Shown: positions 28,383 through 39,700 of the stretch, piece by piece
How positions within the stretch are numbered: the stretch's first letter is position 1
How the letters are laid out: each line of letters opens with the position of its first letter
From: Sedimentisphaerales bacterium
GTDB lineage: Bacteria > Planctomycetota > Phycisphaerae > Sedimentisphaerales > SM23-30
Reading direction: 5' to 3'
NCBI GenBank assembly: GCA_963663965.2
Contig: CAXXFK010000016.1
Coordinates: 1 to 64,000, forward strand
Length of the DNA stretch: 64,000 bases
Position numbers and translations under genes: made by a program
Notes under the pieces: generated by a model
Databases searched by the model: none
What the model saw: the letters and a program-made list of their open reading frames with translations, nothing else
What the model was told of the DNA's origin: nothing

Positions 28383-29171
28383 ATGAAAATTGTTGTTGTT
28401 GGAGCTGGCGGCCACGGCCGCGTTGTTCTCGATATCCTTAGAAATAACCATCAGTTTGAAGTCGCAGGCTTCCTCGACTCCAACATGGCTCTGCATGGCC
28501 AGACGGTCGATGGCGTCCCAATTTTGGGAAATATCGCCATGGCTCAGCAATTGATGCAGAAAGGCATTGGCGGCGCTATCGTTGCCATCGGGGACAACCG
28601 GATTCGAGATCAGTTTGCTCACAACCTCCATAAATGTGGGATTCCACTGGTTAATGCCATCCATCCTTCTGCCAATATCGCCGGCAATGCCTCCATTGGT
28701 AAAAACGTCGTAATTGCCTCCGGAGTAAATATTTGCACTCACGTAAAAATTGAAGATTCCGTCATTATCAATACTGGCGCAATCATCGACCATGAATCAC
28801 TCGTTAGAAGGGCCGCCCATATCTGCCCGGGCGTCAGACTCGCCGGACATGTTATTATCAAGGAATCAGCCTTCGTGGGCATTGGGGCAACGATCATTCA
28901 AGGGATCTCGATTAATGAATATGCGATCGTCGGCGCCGGTGCGGTTGTCCTGGAAGATGTCGATGCTTATACGACAGTCGTGGGAGTTCCCGCCAGAGTC
29001 ATTAAAAGCAGCCATTTACAGGAGCTTAAACGCAAGGAAATCGTTCAACCCAGTACCGCTGAGCTTGAACCGGCCAAATTAATGATCACCACCAGACCTC
29101 AACGAAAAAAACTCATCCAGCAAAGAGAATCCGTCCAGGACAAAAAACTGGAAGAAATCTTTGGTCAATAA
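28383..29171 (+). CDS. NeuD/PglD-family sugar acetyltransferase
   Basis: GAGGHG, AIGDN..R, IHPSA, hexapeptide repeats, IIDHE, VGVPAR. Confidence 0.88.
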   Translation: MKIVVVGAGGHGRVVLDILRNNHQFEVAGFLDSNMALHGQTVDGVPILGNIAMAQQLMQKGIGGAIVAIGDNRIRDQFAHNLHKCGIPLVNAIHPSANIAGNASIGKNVVIASGVNICTHVKIEDSVIINTGAIIDHESLVRRAAHICPGVRLAGHVIIKESAFVGIGATIIQGISINEYAIVGAGAVVLEDVDAYTTVVGVPARVIKSSHLQELKRKEIVQPSTAELEPAKLMITTRPQRKKLIQQRESVQDKKLEEIFGQ

Positions 29172-29191
29172 ACGCCACCTGTCCCCAAAAA

Positions 29192-29274
29192 TGCGGGTGA
29201 GAGGACTCGAACCTCCACATCGGTTAGATACGAGAACCTAAATCTCGCGCGTCTGCCAATTCCGCCACACCCGC
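29192..29274 (-). tRNA. tRNA-Leu (anticodon TAG), CCA not encoded
   Basis: GCGGGTGTGGCGGAATTGGCAGACGCGCGAGATTTAGGTTCTCG...GGTTCGAGTCCTCTCACCCGCA, with a long variable arm. Confidence 0.95.
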
Positions 29275-29372
29275 GTATCGGTTTTAATAAATGGAACCTT
29301 ATACCCGGATTGCCAGACAATTTCAATCTAATTTATTATTCTCTATAAGTGGGCCGCCCATTTAGTCGGGCC

Positions 29373-29414
29373 AAAAAACATGCTGCCTGGCTTTTTTATA
29401 CTCCAGGCAGCATG
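29373..29414 (-). terminator. Intrinsic terminator
   Basis: 12-bp perfect stem CATGCTGCCTGG/CCAGGCAGCATG followed by T6 on the minus strand. Confidence 0.8.
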
Positions 29415-29571
29415 CTCGTATTAAGTTACTCTCTCTATCTTTCTGGCTCTCTACTCTTTCAGTTAACTGCTTGCTCTCGAGGTCAATTCTCTTTCTTTCA
29501 TGCTTTCGTCTGTTTTCTCGTAATCAGTATCAACGCGTTTGCTTTTCATGATACCAGTGCCTTCAATGGCC
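29373..29571 (-). ncRNA. Candidate ~200-nt purine-rich small RNA (or 28-aa small-ORF mRNA)
   Basis: -10-like TATGAT at 29581-29576, upstream palindrome, its own terminator, GA-rich body. Confidence 0.4.
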
Positions 29572-29601
29572 ATATATCATATCGTTTCATAAGCATTTCG
29601 A

Positions 29602-29624
29602 AAATACAGGGAATCCCTGTATTT
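29602..29624. promoter_or_regulatory. Perfect palindrome, candidate activator site
   Basis: AAATACAGGGA-A-TCCCTGTATTT: 11-bp arms with a 1-nt centre, which suits a DNA site rather than an RNA hairpin. Confidence 0.55.
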
Positions 29625-29719
29625 CAACGCTCCAATACCTGATATAAATACGGACGAACCCGGAATCAATATGCTATAGCAATACCCTGATCTGAAAGGG
29701 TTATCGGATGACGGTCTGG

Positions 29720-30868
29720 TTATTTCCTCAAGATATAAAAACTGCCCGGCAATTGCTTGATCGCCCCTTTGAGTTGCAAAGCCGTTAACGCCGCATTTGC
29801 CGGCCCGGCTCCCAATCCGGTTGCATGGATAATCTGCTCAAGATGTACGGGATCCTTCGATAAAATCGACACGATTTTTTGCTCACCGGCATTCAAATGC
29901 AGCTGGGTCATATCGAACAAAGTGGCCTCCACTTTCTCTTTGGCCCGTTCGCTGGCCTGCCGGGCGTGAACCTGATAAGATTTTGCCAGAGGCAATAATG
30001 TATCCACAATGTCGTCAATACCTTCCGCCATGCGGGCGCCGTCCCGAATCAGGCTGTGCGGCAACTCGCTGCCCGGGGAATCGATCCGGCCCGGTATCGC
30101 CAGCACTTCACGCTGATAATCCTGCGCGAACGCCGCCGTGGTCTTTGCCCCGCTGTTGCGCCGGGCCTCCACCACCAGCGTTCCCAGCGCCAATCCGGCA
30201 ATAATCCGGTTCCGCGCCGGAAAATGACCCGATTGCGGCGCGGTCAGCAATGGCAACTCGCTGATCACCGCGCCCTGGCCGCTGACTGCCTCGGCCAGAT
30301 CGTGATTCTCCGGCGGATATATCGTCGCCAGACCGCAGCCCAGCACGGCCAGCGTGCGTCCATTCCCTGCCAGCGCCCCGCGATGACTGGCCGAATCGAT
30401 CCCGCGCGCCAGACCCGATACAATCGTAAATCCGGCGGCCGCTGCCAGGTGCCCAAACCGCGATGCCTGCTCAAAACCATACTGGCTGCATGTCCGCGAA
30501 CCCACCATGGCCAGCGCCAGTGAATCCTCCCGTTTCAGCGTCCCCCTCACATATAAAACATGAGGTGGATCGGGTATATGCTTCAATAACAGTGGATACT
30601 CCTCTGATTGAATGGGAACAATCCGCACTCCCAGTTCATCGGCCCGGTCAATTTCGCTGTCCACCTCGACCGAGTCTCGGCTGGCGACTATTTTCTCCGC
30701 AATAGTCAGCGATATTCGCGGAATCCGAACCAGATCACGCGCCCGCGCCGCCAGGATCTGGTCTATCCCGCCAAAATGTTCCAGCAATCGTGCGAACGTC
30801 CGCGCCCCCACTCCCTCTGCCATCGCCACGCGCAACCATTTCCGTAATTCCTCTCGGTCCTGATTCAT
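29720..30868 (-). CDS. dprA: DNA-processing protein DprA
   Basis: DPPHVLYVRG, VGSR, VSGLARGIDS, FPARNRIIAG, VVEA..SGA. Confidence 0.93.
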   Translation of the reverse strand: MNQDREELRKWLRVAMAEGVGARTFARLLEHFGGIDQILAARARDLVRIPRISLTIAEKIVASRDSVEVDSEIDRADELGVRIVPIQSEEYPLLLKHIPDPPHVLYVRGTLKREDSLALAMVGSRTCSQYGFEQASRFGHLAAAAGFTIVSGLARGIDSASHRGALAGNGRTLAVLGCGLATIYPPENHDLAEAVSGQGAVISELPLLTAPQSGHFPARNRIIAGLALGTLVVEARRNSGAKTTAAFAQDYQREVLAIPGRIDSPGSELPHSLIRDGARMAEGIDDIVDTLLPLAKSYQVHARQASERAKEKVEATLFDMTQLHLNAGEQKIVSILSKDPVHLEQIIHATGLGAGPANAALTALQLKGAIKQLPGSFYILRK

Positions 30869-30903
30869 CACTGTCACCCCTTTCCACAAAAGAATCCCTG
30901 GCT

Positions 30904-32001
30904 TTATGTCATTAAATACTCAATGGCCTTGACAATCTCGTCTTCCGTAAAATCGTTGTATATTTCACAATGCCCAATCCGGTCCGGAATCGCAAACACA
31001 ACCTTGCTGTCCTGCACTTTCTTATCATGCAGCACCCCTCGATACAACGCCTCCACCGGCAGATCATGTCCCGCTCTCACCGGCAGGCCAAACGCCTGTA
31101 ATAACGCCTCGATCCGGTCCGCGTCCTCTGCCTGCATGGCTCCCCTGGCCGTCGCCATCCGGTTCTCTGCCACGATCCCCAGTGAAACAGCCTCGCCATG
31201 ATGATAAGGATGGCCCGGCAAAACCGTCTCAAAGGGATGACCAATGGTATGCCCGTAATTTAAAATCCGGCGCAAACCCGATTCTCGTTCATCTTCTGAC
31301 ACAACCCTGGCCTTGATCCGGCAGTTCCTCGCCACCAGGTCACTCAACACCTTCATATCCAGACCGGCAATCCGTTCTTTATGACTATCCAGATAATCAA
31401 AAAACTCACCATCCTGAATCGCGCCGTGCTTGACTGATTCGCACAATCCGCATCCCAGTTCCCGCGCCGGCAGTGTCTTTAAAGTCGCCACATCCGCAAT
31501 GACCATCGATGGCTGATAAAACGCTCCGATCATATTCTTGCCGCCCGGATGATTGATGCCGGTCTTGCCTCCCACACTGCTGTCCACCATCGCCAGCAGC
31601 GTCGTCGGCATCTGCACAAACTGAATGCCCCGTTTAAAGGTCGCCGCCGCAAATCCAGCCAGGTCGCCCACGACACCTCCGCCTAACGCAACCACGGCGT
31701 CCGATCGCTCCAGGCGCATGCCCATCATGCCATCATACAGATACCCCAGCTTTTCCAGTGATTTGGAAGATTCTCCCGCCGGCACACAAAGAATATCGCT
31801 TTGGATACCCGCACCCGCCAAAACCTCCTTTAACGGACCGGCATACAAGGGTTCGACATGACTGTCCGTCACAATCGCCACTTGACGCGAACGGTTATGA
31901 CGCTTAAATAACGCCCCAAATTCGCTGTGAATCCCGCATCCGATATAAATCGGGTAACTCCGCTCTCCCAACTGAACCGGTATTTCATTGATTGTCATCA
32001 T
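30904..32001 (-). CDS. aroB: 3-dehydroquinate synthase
   Basis: ALGGGVVGDLAGF, PTTLLAMVDSSVGGKT, KNMIGAF, LNYGHTIGH, HGEAV. Confidence 0.95.
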   Translation of the reverse strand: MMTINEIPVQLGERSYPIYIGCGIHSEFGALFKRHNRSRQVAIVTDSHVEPLYAGPLKEVLAGAGIQSDILCVPAGESSKSLEKLGYLYDGMMGMRLERSDAVVALGGGVVGDLAGFAAATFKRGIQFVQMPTTLLAMVDSSVGGKTGINHPGGKNMIGAFYQPSMVIADVATLKTLPARELGCGLCESVKHGAIQDGEFFDYLDSHKERIAGLDMKVLSDLVARNCRIKARVVSEDERESGLRRILNYGHTIGHPFETVLPGHPYHHGEAVSLGIVAENRMATARGAMQAEDADRIEALLQAFGLPVRAGHDLPVEALYRGVLHDKKVQDSKVVFAIPDRIGHCEIYNDFTEDEIVKAIEYLMT

Positions 32002-32388
32002 TCGCCTTTTCGCTTTATTATCTTTTATATTTTCGCCTTTTCGCCTTTGGTATAATGAAATCAGGCTATGATTGCAACCGAAAATACCTTCTTTGCTATT
32101 CTTATTGTAATAAAACCGACTTGGCTCGTCCATCCTGATACGAGCCTGATATTTCTGTAACGAACTCTTTCAGGTAATGGTATAAAAATTAATACCTGAC
32201 AGGATATCATCAGAATTGGAGATCAATCGAATTCCACAAATCCTGCAATAACTGGATTTAAAGTTATTATCTCTCGAAGATAATTTTGTTGTTTATCTCT
32301 TTACCCTGTGTTATAAATGCCTTTATTGGGCTGTCGGATCGAAATTCCGGCGGCAAACCTAACTTTATACTGGTATTGGAGTTATATT

Positions 32389-34172
32389 ATGTTAAAGCCG
32401 AATCGAAAAGGAGTAGTGAAAAGCCTGATCTTAACTGTGGCCCTTGCGATGGTCTTCACCTCGCCGCTAATGGCGGGCCCAGTGGATGTCCTCAAAGACA
32501 TGCCCTCTTCCGCCATTGTCGTTATCTCTACCGGACCGCTCAATCAGTTCAGTCAGAAATTAGATCTTTACGCCCATGATCTGGGCATTCTGGCCCCGGG
32601 CAAACCTTTCAACCTGGTTGACCAGCTTAAAGTGCCAATCACGCAATTAACCGGGGTCGATCTCCAGATCGATGGGTCCCGCGGCATGGGCCTCGCGATC
32701 ATGAATATCATGCAGGCCAATGAATCCATCGTCATGTATCTTCCCGTTAACAATCCCAAGGATGTGATCGACAAAATGACCAGTAAAACTCCGGTCGAAA
32801 ACATGCCGATTTGGAAAACCGCCACGGGCGGTGTGGTCGCGAGCCAGGGTCAGTTTCTCGTCATTGGAAACGATCAGGATATTGTCGGCCAGGCGGTTTC
32901 AATGCCGCGCGGCGTCATATTAGGCGACGCCGACCAGAAACTATTTGCCAGTGCCGATCTGGCCGTATCCGCCAACCTCACGACGCTCATGCCGATGGCT
33001 CAGGGGTTTCTCGCCATGGCGGCCATGCAGAATCCCGAAATACAAAAATACAAATCGCTGGTCACGATTATCACCGCCGCTTCCCAGCGGATCGGCGAAA
33101 TCCAGGGTGTGGGACTGGGCTTGCAGCTTGACAACAGCGGCATGATGCTCGGCCTGAATATCAATGCCCGCCCCGGCAGCAAACTCGCCGGCTATCTGGT
33201 CAACCAGCCGATGACCTCGTTCAAAGATATCCAGAATTCCAACCATGATAGTCTGGTGGCCGCTCAAACCGGCATGATGGATCCCAAACTCTTTGTCGAT
33301 CTCTCCAATTTCATCATCAACGCCGTGGCTTCAGACCCCGCCCTGAAGGATAAAGTCACCCCGAAATGGTCGAAACCTCAAAGAAAAGCCTGAATGAAAT
33401 ATTCACTCTCGCTTCCCAGGCCTCCCAGCAGCAATCCTATTACCTGCCAAACCCGGCCGGCGATACCGTGCCCCCGATTGGCACCGTCATCAAAGCCCCG
33501 GATAAAGCCGGCCAGATATTGAATTTCTACAGCCAGATTTTTGCCACTGTCAATATGGTCATGCAGAGCCTCAACGCCCCCGTAAAATTCAATTTTACCC
33601 CCAACGCCGGCAAACTCGGGAATATCAGCTATAGCGAAATGGTCATGGATATGTCCGGCATGGTCGCCGGCCCCAATGTTCCCCAGGCAACCATTGATGC
33701 CATGAAAAATTCCACCCTTTTCGCTCAATTGGACAAGGATACAGTTATTTCGGTAACCAATCCCAAAATATTTGATCAGGTCGTTGCCCTGGCCAAACAG
33801 CCCGGCGCCAAACCGTTTGATCCGGCCATCGCCGCCAAACTGCCCTCCAAAGCCAATCTGATTGCGGCTATGAACCTGAAAAACTACGCGGCTTCTTTGT
33901 CCGCGGCCATGTCCAAACAAATGCAATCCATGCCGGGTAACGAACAGGCGGCGGGAATGATTGGCATGATCTCGATGCTGGCGCAAAATCTTCAGGGCGA
34001 ATTCGCCGTCAGCGCCACGCTCGACCAGAACGCCATCCAGACCACGCTGGTCATGCCTAAAAATACCATGCAGAGCGTCGCCAATACCGCCAAAATGGCA
34101 ATTGGAGCTTTCGGCGCCCAGATGATGGGTGGCGGACAACAGCAACCGATGAATAGCGGCAGTGGCTTCTAA
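32389..34172 (+). pseudogene. Secreted hypothetical protein split by one frameshift near 33365
   Basis: Signal peptide (…SPLMA); ORFs 32317-33393 and 33366-34172 overlap and have the same composition. Confidence 0.55.
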
Positions 34173-34207
34173 CTGCGTCTGGTTTCTTATACCTTGACTG
34201 TAATTTT

Positions 34208-34245
34208 AAAGAGAGGCCGGACACGTAGCCCGGCCTCTCTTTTTT
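34208..34245 (+). terminator. Intrinsic terminator
   Basis: AAGAGAGGCCGG...CCGGCCTCTCTT followed by a T-run. Confidence 0.85.
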
Positions 34246-34297
34246 AAACCGCTCGATGCGGATCGAATTGAAAAAAATTGAGTATGGAGTTGTAACT

Positions 34298-35407
34298 ATG
34301 GGGTTTTTCGCTAAATTACGCGGTGAATTCATCGACATCATCGAATGGACCGATCCTTCCAGCGATACCCTCGTCTGGCGCTTCCCACGCTACAACAATG
34401 AAATAAAAATGGGCGCCCGGCTGGTGGTGCGTGAAAGCCAGAAAGCTGTTTTCGTCGACAAGGGCCAGATCGCTGATATCTTCGATCCTGGTATGTACAC
34501 CCTCGATACCGACAACCTGCCCCTCCTTTCCACCCTGATGGGCTGGATCCACGGCTTCAATAGCCCCTTTAAAGCCGAGGTCTATTTTGTCAACACCCGC
34601 CGCTTTACCGATCTTAAATGGGGTACTAAGCACCCTGTCACCCTGCGCGATCCCGAATTTGGCCCCGTGCGGCTCCGCGCCTTCGGCACCTACACCATTC
34701 GCATCACCGATCCCGAACAACTCCTCAAGGAAATCGTCGGCACCAACGGCCATTTCACCACCGAAGACATTACTGATCAATTGCGCAACATGATCGTTTC
34801 CCGTTTTGCCGACCTGGTGGGCGAAAGCAAAATTCCCGTTCTCGACCTGGCTTCCAACTACGATGAACTGGGCCAGTTCGTCACCCAAAAAATCGCACCC
34901 GAGGTCAACCAGTACGGCTTCGATCTCCAAACGCTCCTGGTTGAAAATATCTCCCTGCCCCCGGAAGTGGAAAAAACACTCGATAAACGCACCAGCATGG
35001 GTATCATCGGCGACATGAATCAGTACACCCGGTTCCAGATGGCCGAATCCATGTCGGAAGCAGCTAAAAATCCCGGTGGGACCGCCGCCGGCGGCATTGG
35101 CATGGGAATGGGCTTCGCCATGGCCAACCAGATGGGCCAGGCCCTCTCCGGTCAGCCCGGCCAAACTCAGCCTCCGGCCGGACCGCCCCCATTGCCAACC
35201 CAATCTGCTACTTTCTACGTCGCCATCGACAACCAGCAGGCCGGCCCCTTCGATATCAATACGCTCAAACAATACGCCCAGTCCGGCCGCCTGACCTCAG
35301 ACACCCTGGTCTGGAAACAGGGCATGCCCAACTGGACCCCCGCCGCCCAGGTTGCCGAACTCACTACCATTTTCAATGCCACACCGCCGCCACTCCCCCC
35401 GCAATAG
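34298..35407 (+). CDS. SPFH/band-7 domain protein (YdjI-like) with C-terminal GYF_2/DUF4339 domain
   Basis: IDIIEW, LVVRESQ, PFKAEVYF, WGT, VRLRAFG; QQAGPF...TLVWKQGMPNW. Confidence 0.85.
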   Translation: MGFFAKLRGEFIDIIEWTDPSSDTLVWRFPRYNNEIKMGARLVVRESQKAVFVDKGQIADIFDPGMYTLDTDNLPLLSTLMGWIHGFNSPFKAEVYFVNTRRFTDLKWGTKHPVTLRDPEFGPVRLRAFGTYTIRITDPEQLLKEIVGTNGHFTTEDITDQLRNMIVSRFADLVGESKIPVLDLASNYDELGQFVTQKIAPEVNQYGFDLQTLLVENISLPPEVEKTLDKRTSMGIIGDMNQYTRFQMAESMSEAAKNPGGTAAGGIGMGMGFAMANQMGQALSGQPGQTQPPAGPPPLPTQSATFYVAIDNQQAGPFDINTLKQYAQSGRLTSDTLVWKQGMPNWTPAAQVAELTTIFNATPPPLPPQ

Positions 35408-35535
35408 CGGCAAAGACGACTATCCTTTCTGACTCTTTTTCGATATCTGATATTTGAAATTTTTCTAATGGTAATATCTTCTTATTTGCGCTTATTCGTG
35501 TCCATTCGTGGTTCTAAAGGCTGTTAATTTATCTC

Positions 35536-36671
35536 ATGACACCAAACGATCCAACTCAAGAATCCGTTTCCGCTCACAGCTTCCACTGCTCCAACTGTGG
35601 CGCCAAACTCCAGTTCCAACCCGGCACCGAAGAACAGGTTTGCCCCTACTGCGATGCGCATCAGGAAATTGCCGAGTCCACTGACGCCGTCATTGAACAC
35701 GATTTCCGCGCCGCCCTCGCCGACCTGCAGAATCATTCCGATCAGAACGAAGAACTCATGATCAAATGCCAGGCCTGTGCCGCCGAATTCTCTACCGAAC
35801 CCAACGTCACCTCTCAGGAATGCCCCTTCTGCGGCACCAATATCGTCAGTACCGCCCACTCCGTCAAACAGATCAAACCCCAGGCGCTGCTCCCCTTCAA
35901 AGTCACCCGTCAGCAGGGCCGCGACCTGTTCAAAAACTGGATCCTGAAACTCTGGTTCGCCCCCAACAAACTCAAAAACAACACGACCTGGATGACCGCC
36001 TAAAGGGCATGTATATCCCCTACTGGACCTACGACAGCCAGACCACCACCCATTACACCGGCCAGCGCGGCGAACACTATTGGGAAACCGAAACCTACAC
36101 CACCATGGTCAATGGCAAACCCCAGGTCCAGACTCGTCAGGTTCGCAAAACCCGCTGGTATCCCGCCAGCGGCACCGTCCGCCATTTCTTCGACGATGTC
36201 CTGGTCCTGGCCAGTAATTCCCTGCCGCGCAAATACACCGAAAAACTCGAACCCTGGGACCTGCCCAACCTCACACCCTATCAGGATGAATACCTCAGCG
36301 GCTTCCGCGCCGAAAGTTACCAGATCGACCTGGCCGACGGCTTTGGCCGCGCCTGTGCTATTATGGAAAGCCATATCCGCGTCCTCGTCAAACGCGACAT
36401 CGGCGGCGACGAGCAGCGAATCTTCACCATGAACACTCAACACAGCAGGATTACCTACAAACACATCCTCCTGCCCGTCTGGATCAGCGCCTACCGCTAC
36501 GGCCAGAAAGTCTACCGCTTCCTCGTCAACGCCCGCACCGGCGAAGTCCAGGGCGAACGGCCCTGGAGCTGGGTTAAGATCACCCTCGCTATCCTCGCAG
36601 CCCTGGCCGCCGCCGCCATCGTCACCGCCCTGGCCCAGGGAGGCGATTTCCATTTCCAGTTCGCCCATTGA
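35536..36671 (+). pseudogene. Zn-ribbon membrane protein (YdjG-like), frameshift near the A-run at ~35975
   Basis: CSNC, CPYC, CQAC, CPFC; then YIPYWTYD, FFDDVLV, LLPVW, VNARTGEV and a C-terminal TM. Confidence 0.75.
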
Positions 36672-36746
36672 ACCGCTGGTTGGGACCTCTGGAAACCTCA
36701 TGCATTGACTGATGAAGGATCCAGCATAACCCATCTCTGGCCGGCA

Positions 36747-39700
36747 TTAAGGGACCTGACGCCGAATCCCTCCCTCTGTCATCAAAAGTTCTATTTCCCA
36801 GCGCGGTAACACTCGGCGATAGATTCGCACTTCATCAATCTCGCCATCGAAAGCCCGGCCGCCGCCTTCCAAATCACCAATGGTCACCGGAATCGAATGA
36901 TAATCGATCTTGTATCCAACGACTTGGCTTTGCTGGATCGTTTCAACCTCAATGCCATTCATAAAAATATGCACCTTCCGATCCCCATAATCATCATAAA
37001 TCATCACAACATGAGTCCACTGCCCCGCTGCCGGCGTAAACACCGTCTCGGTTAAGGCGTTAGCTTGACTCCCTTTCACAAATCCGGTTAAATGTCCCTC
37101 ATGAGCGCCCCACAACTGAAAACTCCAGGTATGGCTTGTCAAGTTACGCTGCCCAATCATCTGCATCGTCCTGGAAAGCGATAGTTCATTCGCCTTCATC
37201 CATAGCGACACACTGAATGTCGGTAAATCGGCAATCGCGTCATCATAACCGCAATCCACCTGGTCATCCTCACCATCCAGTTTCAAAATCCCATCTTCAA
37301 CAACAGCCCCATTCAGCAACAGACCGTAATTTTCTCCCTGCACATCCCGGCTGTCCTGATCGAACGGCCAGTAAGCCATATAGGTCTCCGCCCGGATAGA
37401 TCGGCAATCTCTGTTTCGGATAATACCCTGCGATAGATTCGGACATCGTCTATCCAGCCCCTGAACTGGCGGTCGCCGCCCTCACGATCTCCCATCGTTA
37501 TCGGAAGATCCGCCCATTCCAATCGTGTCCCTTCTAACGGGGTTTGCTCGATAGCCACAAATTCACTGCCATTAACATAGACCCGGACGAGGCCATTGGT
37601 CGTGCCATCATAGGTCATGACCAGATGATTCCATCGTCCCACGCTGGGCGTATACATCGTTTCTGTAACGGCGCTGATCTCACTGCCGCCGACATACCCC
37701 GTGATATGATTGCAATGGGATCCCCAAACCGTCAAACTCCAGCCATGACGCTCAAGATCCCGCTGACCGATCAGAAAGCCTGTCTGGTCCTCCGGCAAAG
37801 CGGCCGCTTTAAACCATAAGGCCACACTGAATTTTGTCAACGATTGCATAACCTGGGCGGGACATGTCGCCATACCACCGTTAAAGACTCCCACCTGCAA
37901 TGCCCCAAAGCCCTTTTCGTAATTTCCCGGATTCTGACTGATTTGGGCGTAATCGATTATTTCTGTTATAGTCCCGCCGGCAATATCGCGCGTATCCCGA
38001 TCGAACGGCCACCAGGCAATCGGATCATAATAGCCCGCAGTCTTGCGGATTTCTTCTAAAGTCAGCGCCCGCCGGTACATCCGGACATCCCAGAGCATCC
38101 CCTTGAATCCCCGGTCCCCGCCCAGCCGGTTGCCCATCACTACCGGGATGGAGGCATCCGCTATTTTCGCGCCAACCGCCGGACTCTGACTCCGGTAATC
38201 GATTTCGTCACCATCCACATACAACCGCACCTTGCGATCACCCGTGTCGCCGTATGTCATGGTCACCTGATACCAGCGATCCAACTCAGGTACAAAACGG
38301 CTGGCGGACACGGCCCGTTCCTCCCTGGCGTTCACCACCCCGCTTAATGATCCCGGATTTTCCCCGGATAGATAGAGACCCCAGATCATCTCATTGGTAT
38401 CCCGCTGGCAGATGATATGTGGATATTTACCCACACCAGGCAATGAGTGAATGGATAACCACATCGACACCGAAAAGTCAGCCAGTTGATTAATTTCCCT
38501 GCCCGCGCCACAATCGATCAAATCATTCGATTCATTCGGCCCGGTAAATTTCGCCGCCTGTTCAGCGTGAACCCATCCATCCGTTGCAACGATCGCCGCC
38601 CCGTTAACCAGCTCTCCATCATAACCATTCACAACTTCCCAGCCGTCATAATCCAGCGGCCACCACGCCACCAGATCGGCATCATACCCCTCTGGCTGCC
38701 ACATCCAGTTCTCCACCAGATCCTTTAAATCATCGACATCATACGCTTCCAGCCATTTCACCGTTAATGCCCCAAAATCGATCAGATCCACTCCCGGCTC
38801 CCCGGCCAGATCGCCCGGTATCGACCTCTCCCAGGTCAGCCGCGGATAGTCTCTCCGGTCTTCTTTCATTCGCCAGCTGCCCGGCCGCGCGGCATCACCC
38901 TCGAACCGCCAGCCCGCATCGTCAAAATAAAATTTGGATCGCATCTGGGTGGTCTTTAATCCTGTTCCCAACTCGCTTACTTTCGTGCCGCACTGTTCCA
39001 CATCCCAGAAACATCCCGACAACTTATCGATCGCGCCATTGGTGGCCGCCAGGCCAAAAGACGCCTGCTCACCGGCCAGCTTCGCACTCGAATAACAGTT
39101 TTCAATGACATTCGCGTTGAAAAACACCAAACCGCTGACAGCAATACCCATAAACCGGCCATCGGTATAACAATTGCGGATCACGCCATAATTTTGCCCG
39201 GTTAATCCCGCTACCACCCCCGGACTGCTGATCGTCCCTCGCAACGCGCAATTCTCGATCAGACCATAATTCGCCCTTGCCATGATCCCGGTTTCGTCAT
39301 ATTCGTTTTCGAATGCCACAACAAAATCCATCATGCCCAGATTACGTATCGTTCCGGTATTTATCTCGAACAATCCGGTACTGCCTTGATAATTTTTTAA
39401 AAGATGCCCGTTGCCATCCAGTTTGCCGAGAAAATAAACGGCGTTAAGGTCAATCCGGCAAAATCCAGATCCGTCACCAGCCGAAAACTCTTCGCCCAAT
39501 CCTGAGAGGCCTTCATTAAATCCAGCCAGCCCCCGCCATTATCGATCAGATACGGATCGATCACCCGCCCCGTGCCGCCGCCATATTTGAAATGTCGCGC
39601 TTTAACAATATGCACTGGCGTCAAACCACAATATACCAGAGTGCCCGCCGCCGGCGCCACACCCACGGCATAGTCGCTCGGAACTCCAGGCATAAATGTC

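Noticed and set aside
29192..29720. Integrative element at tRNA-Leu
   Set aside because: No integrase nearby, and I saw no duplicated tRNA 3' end in the window.
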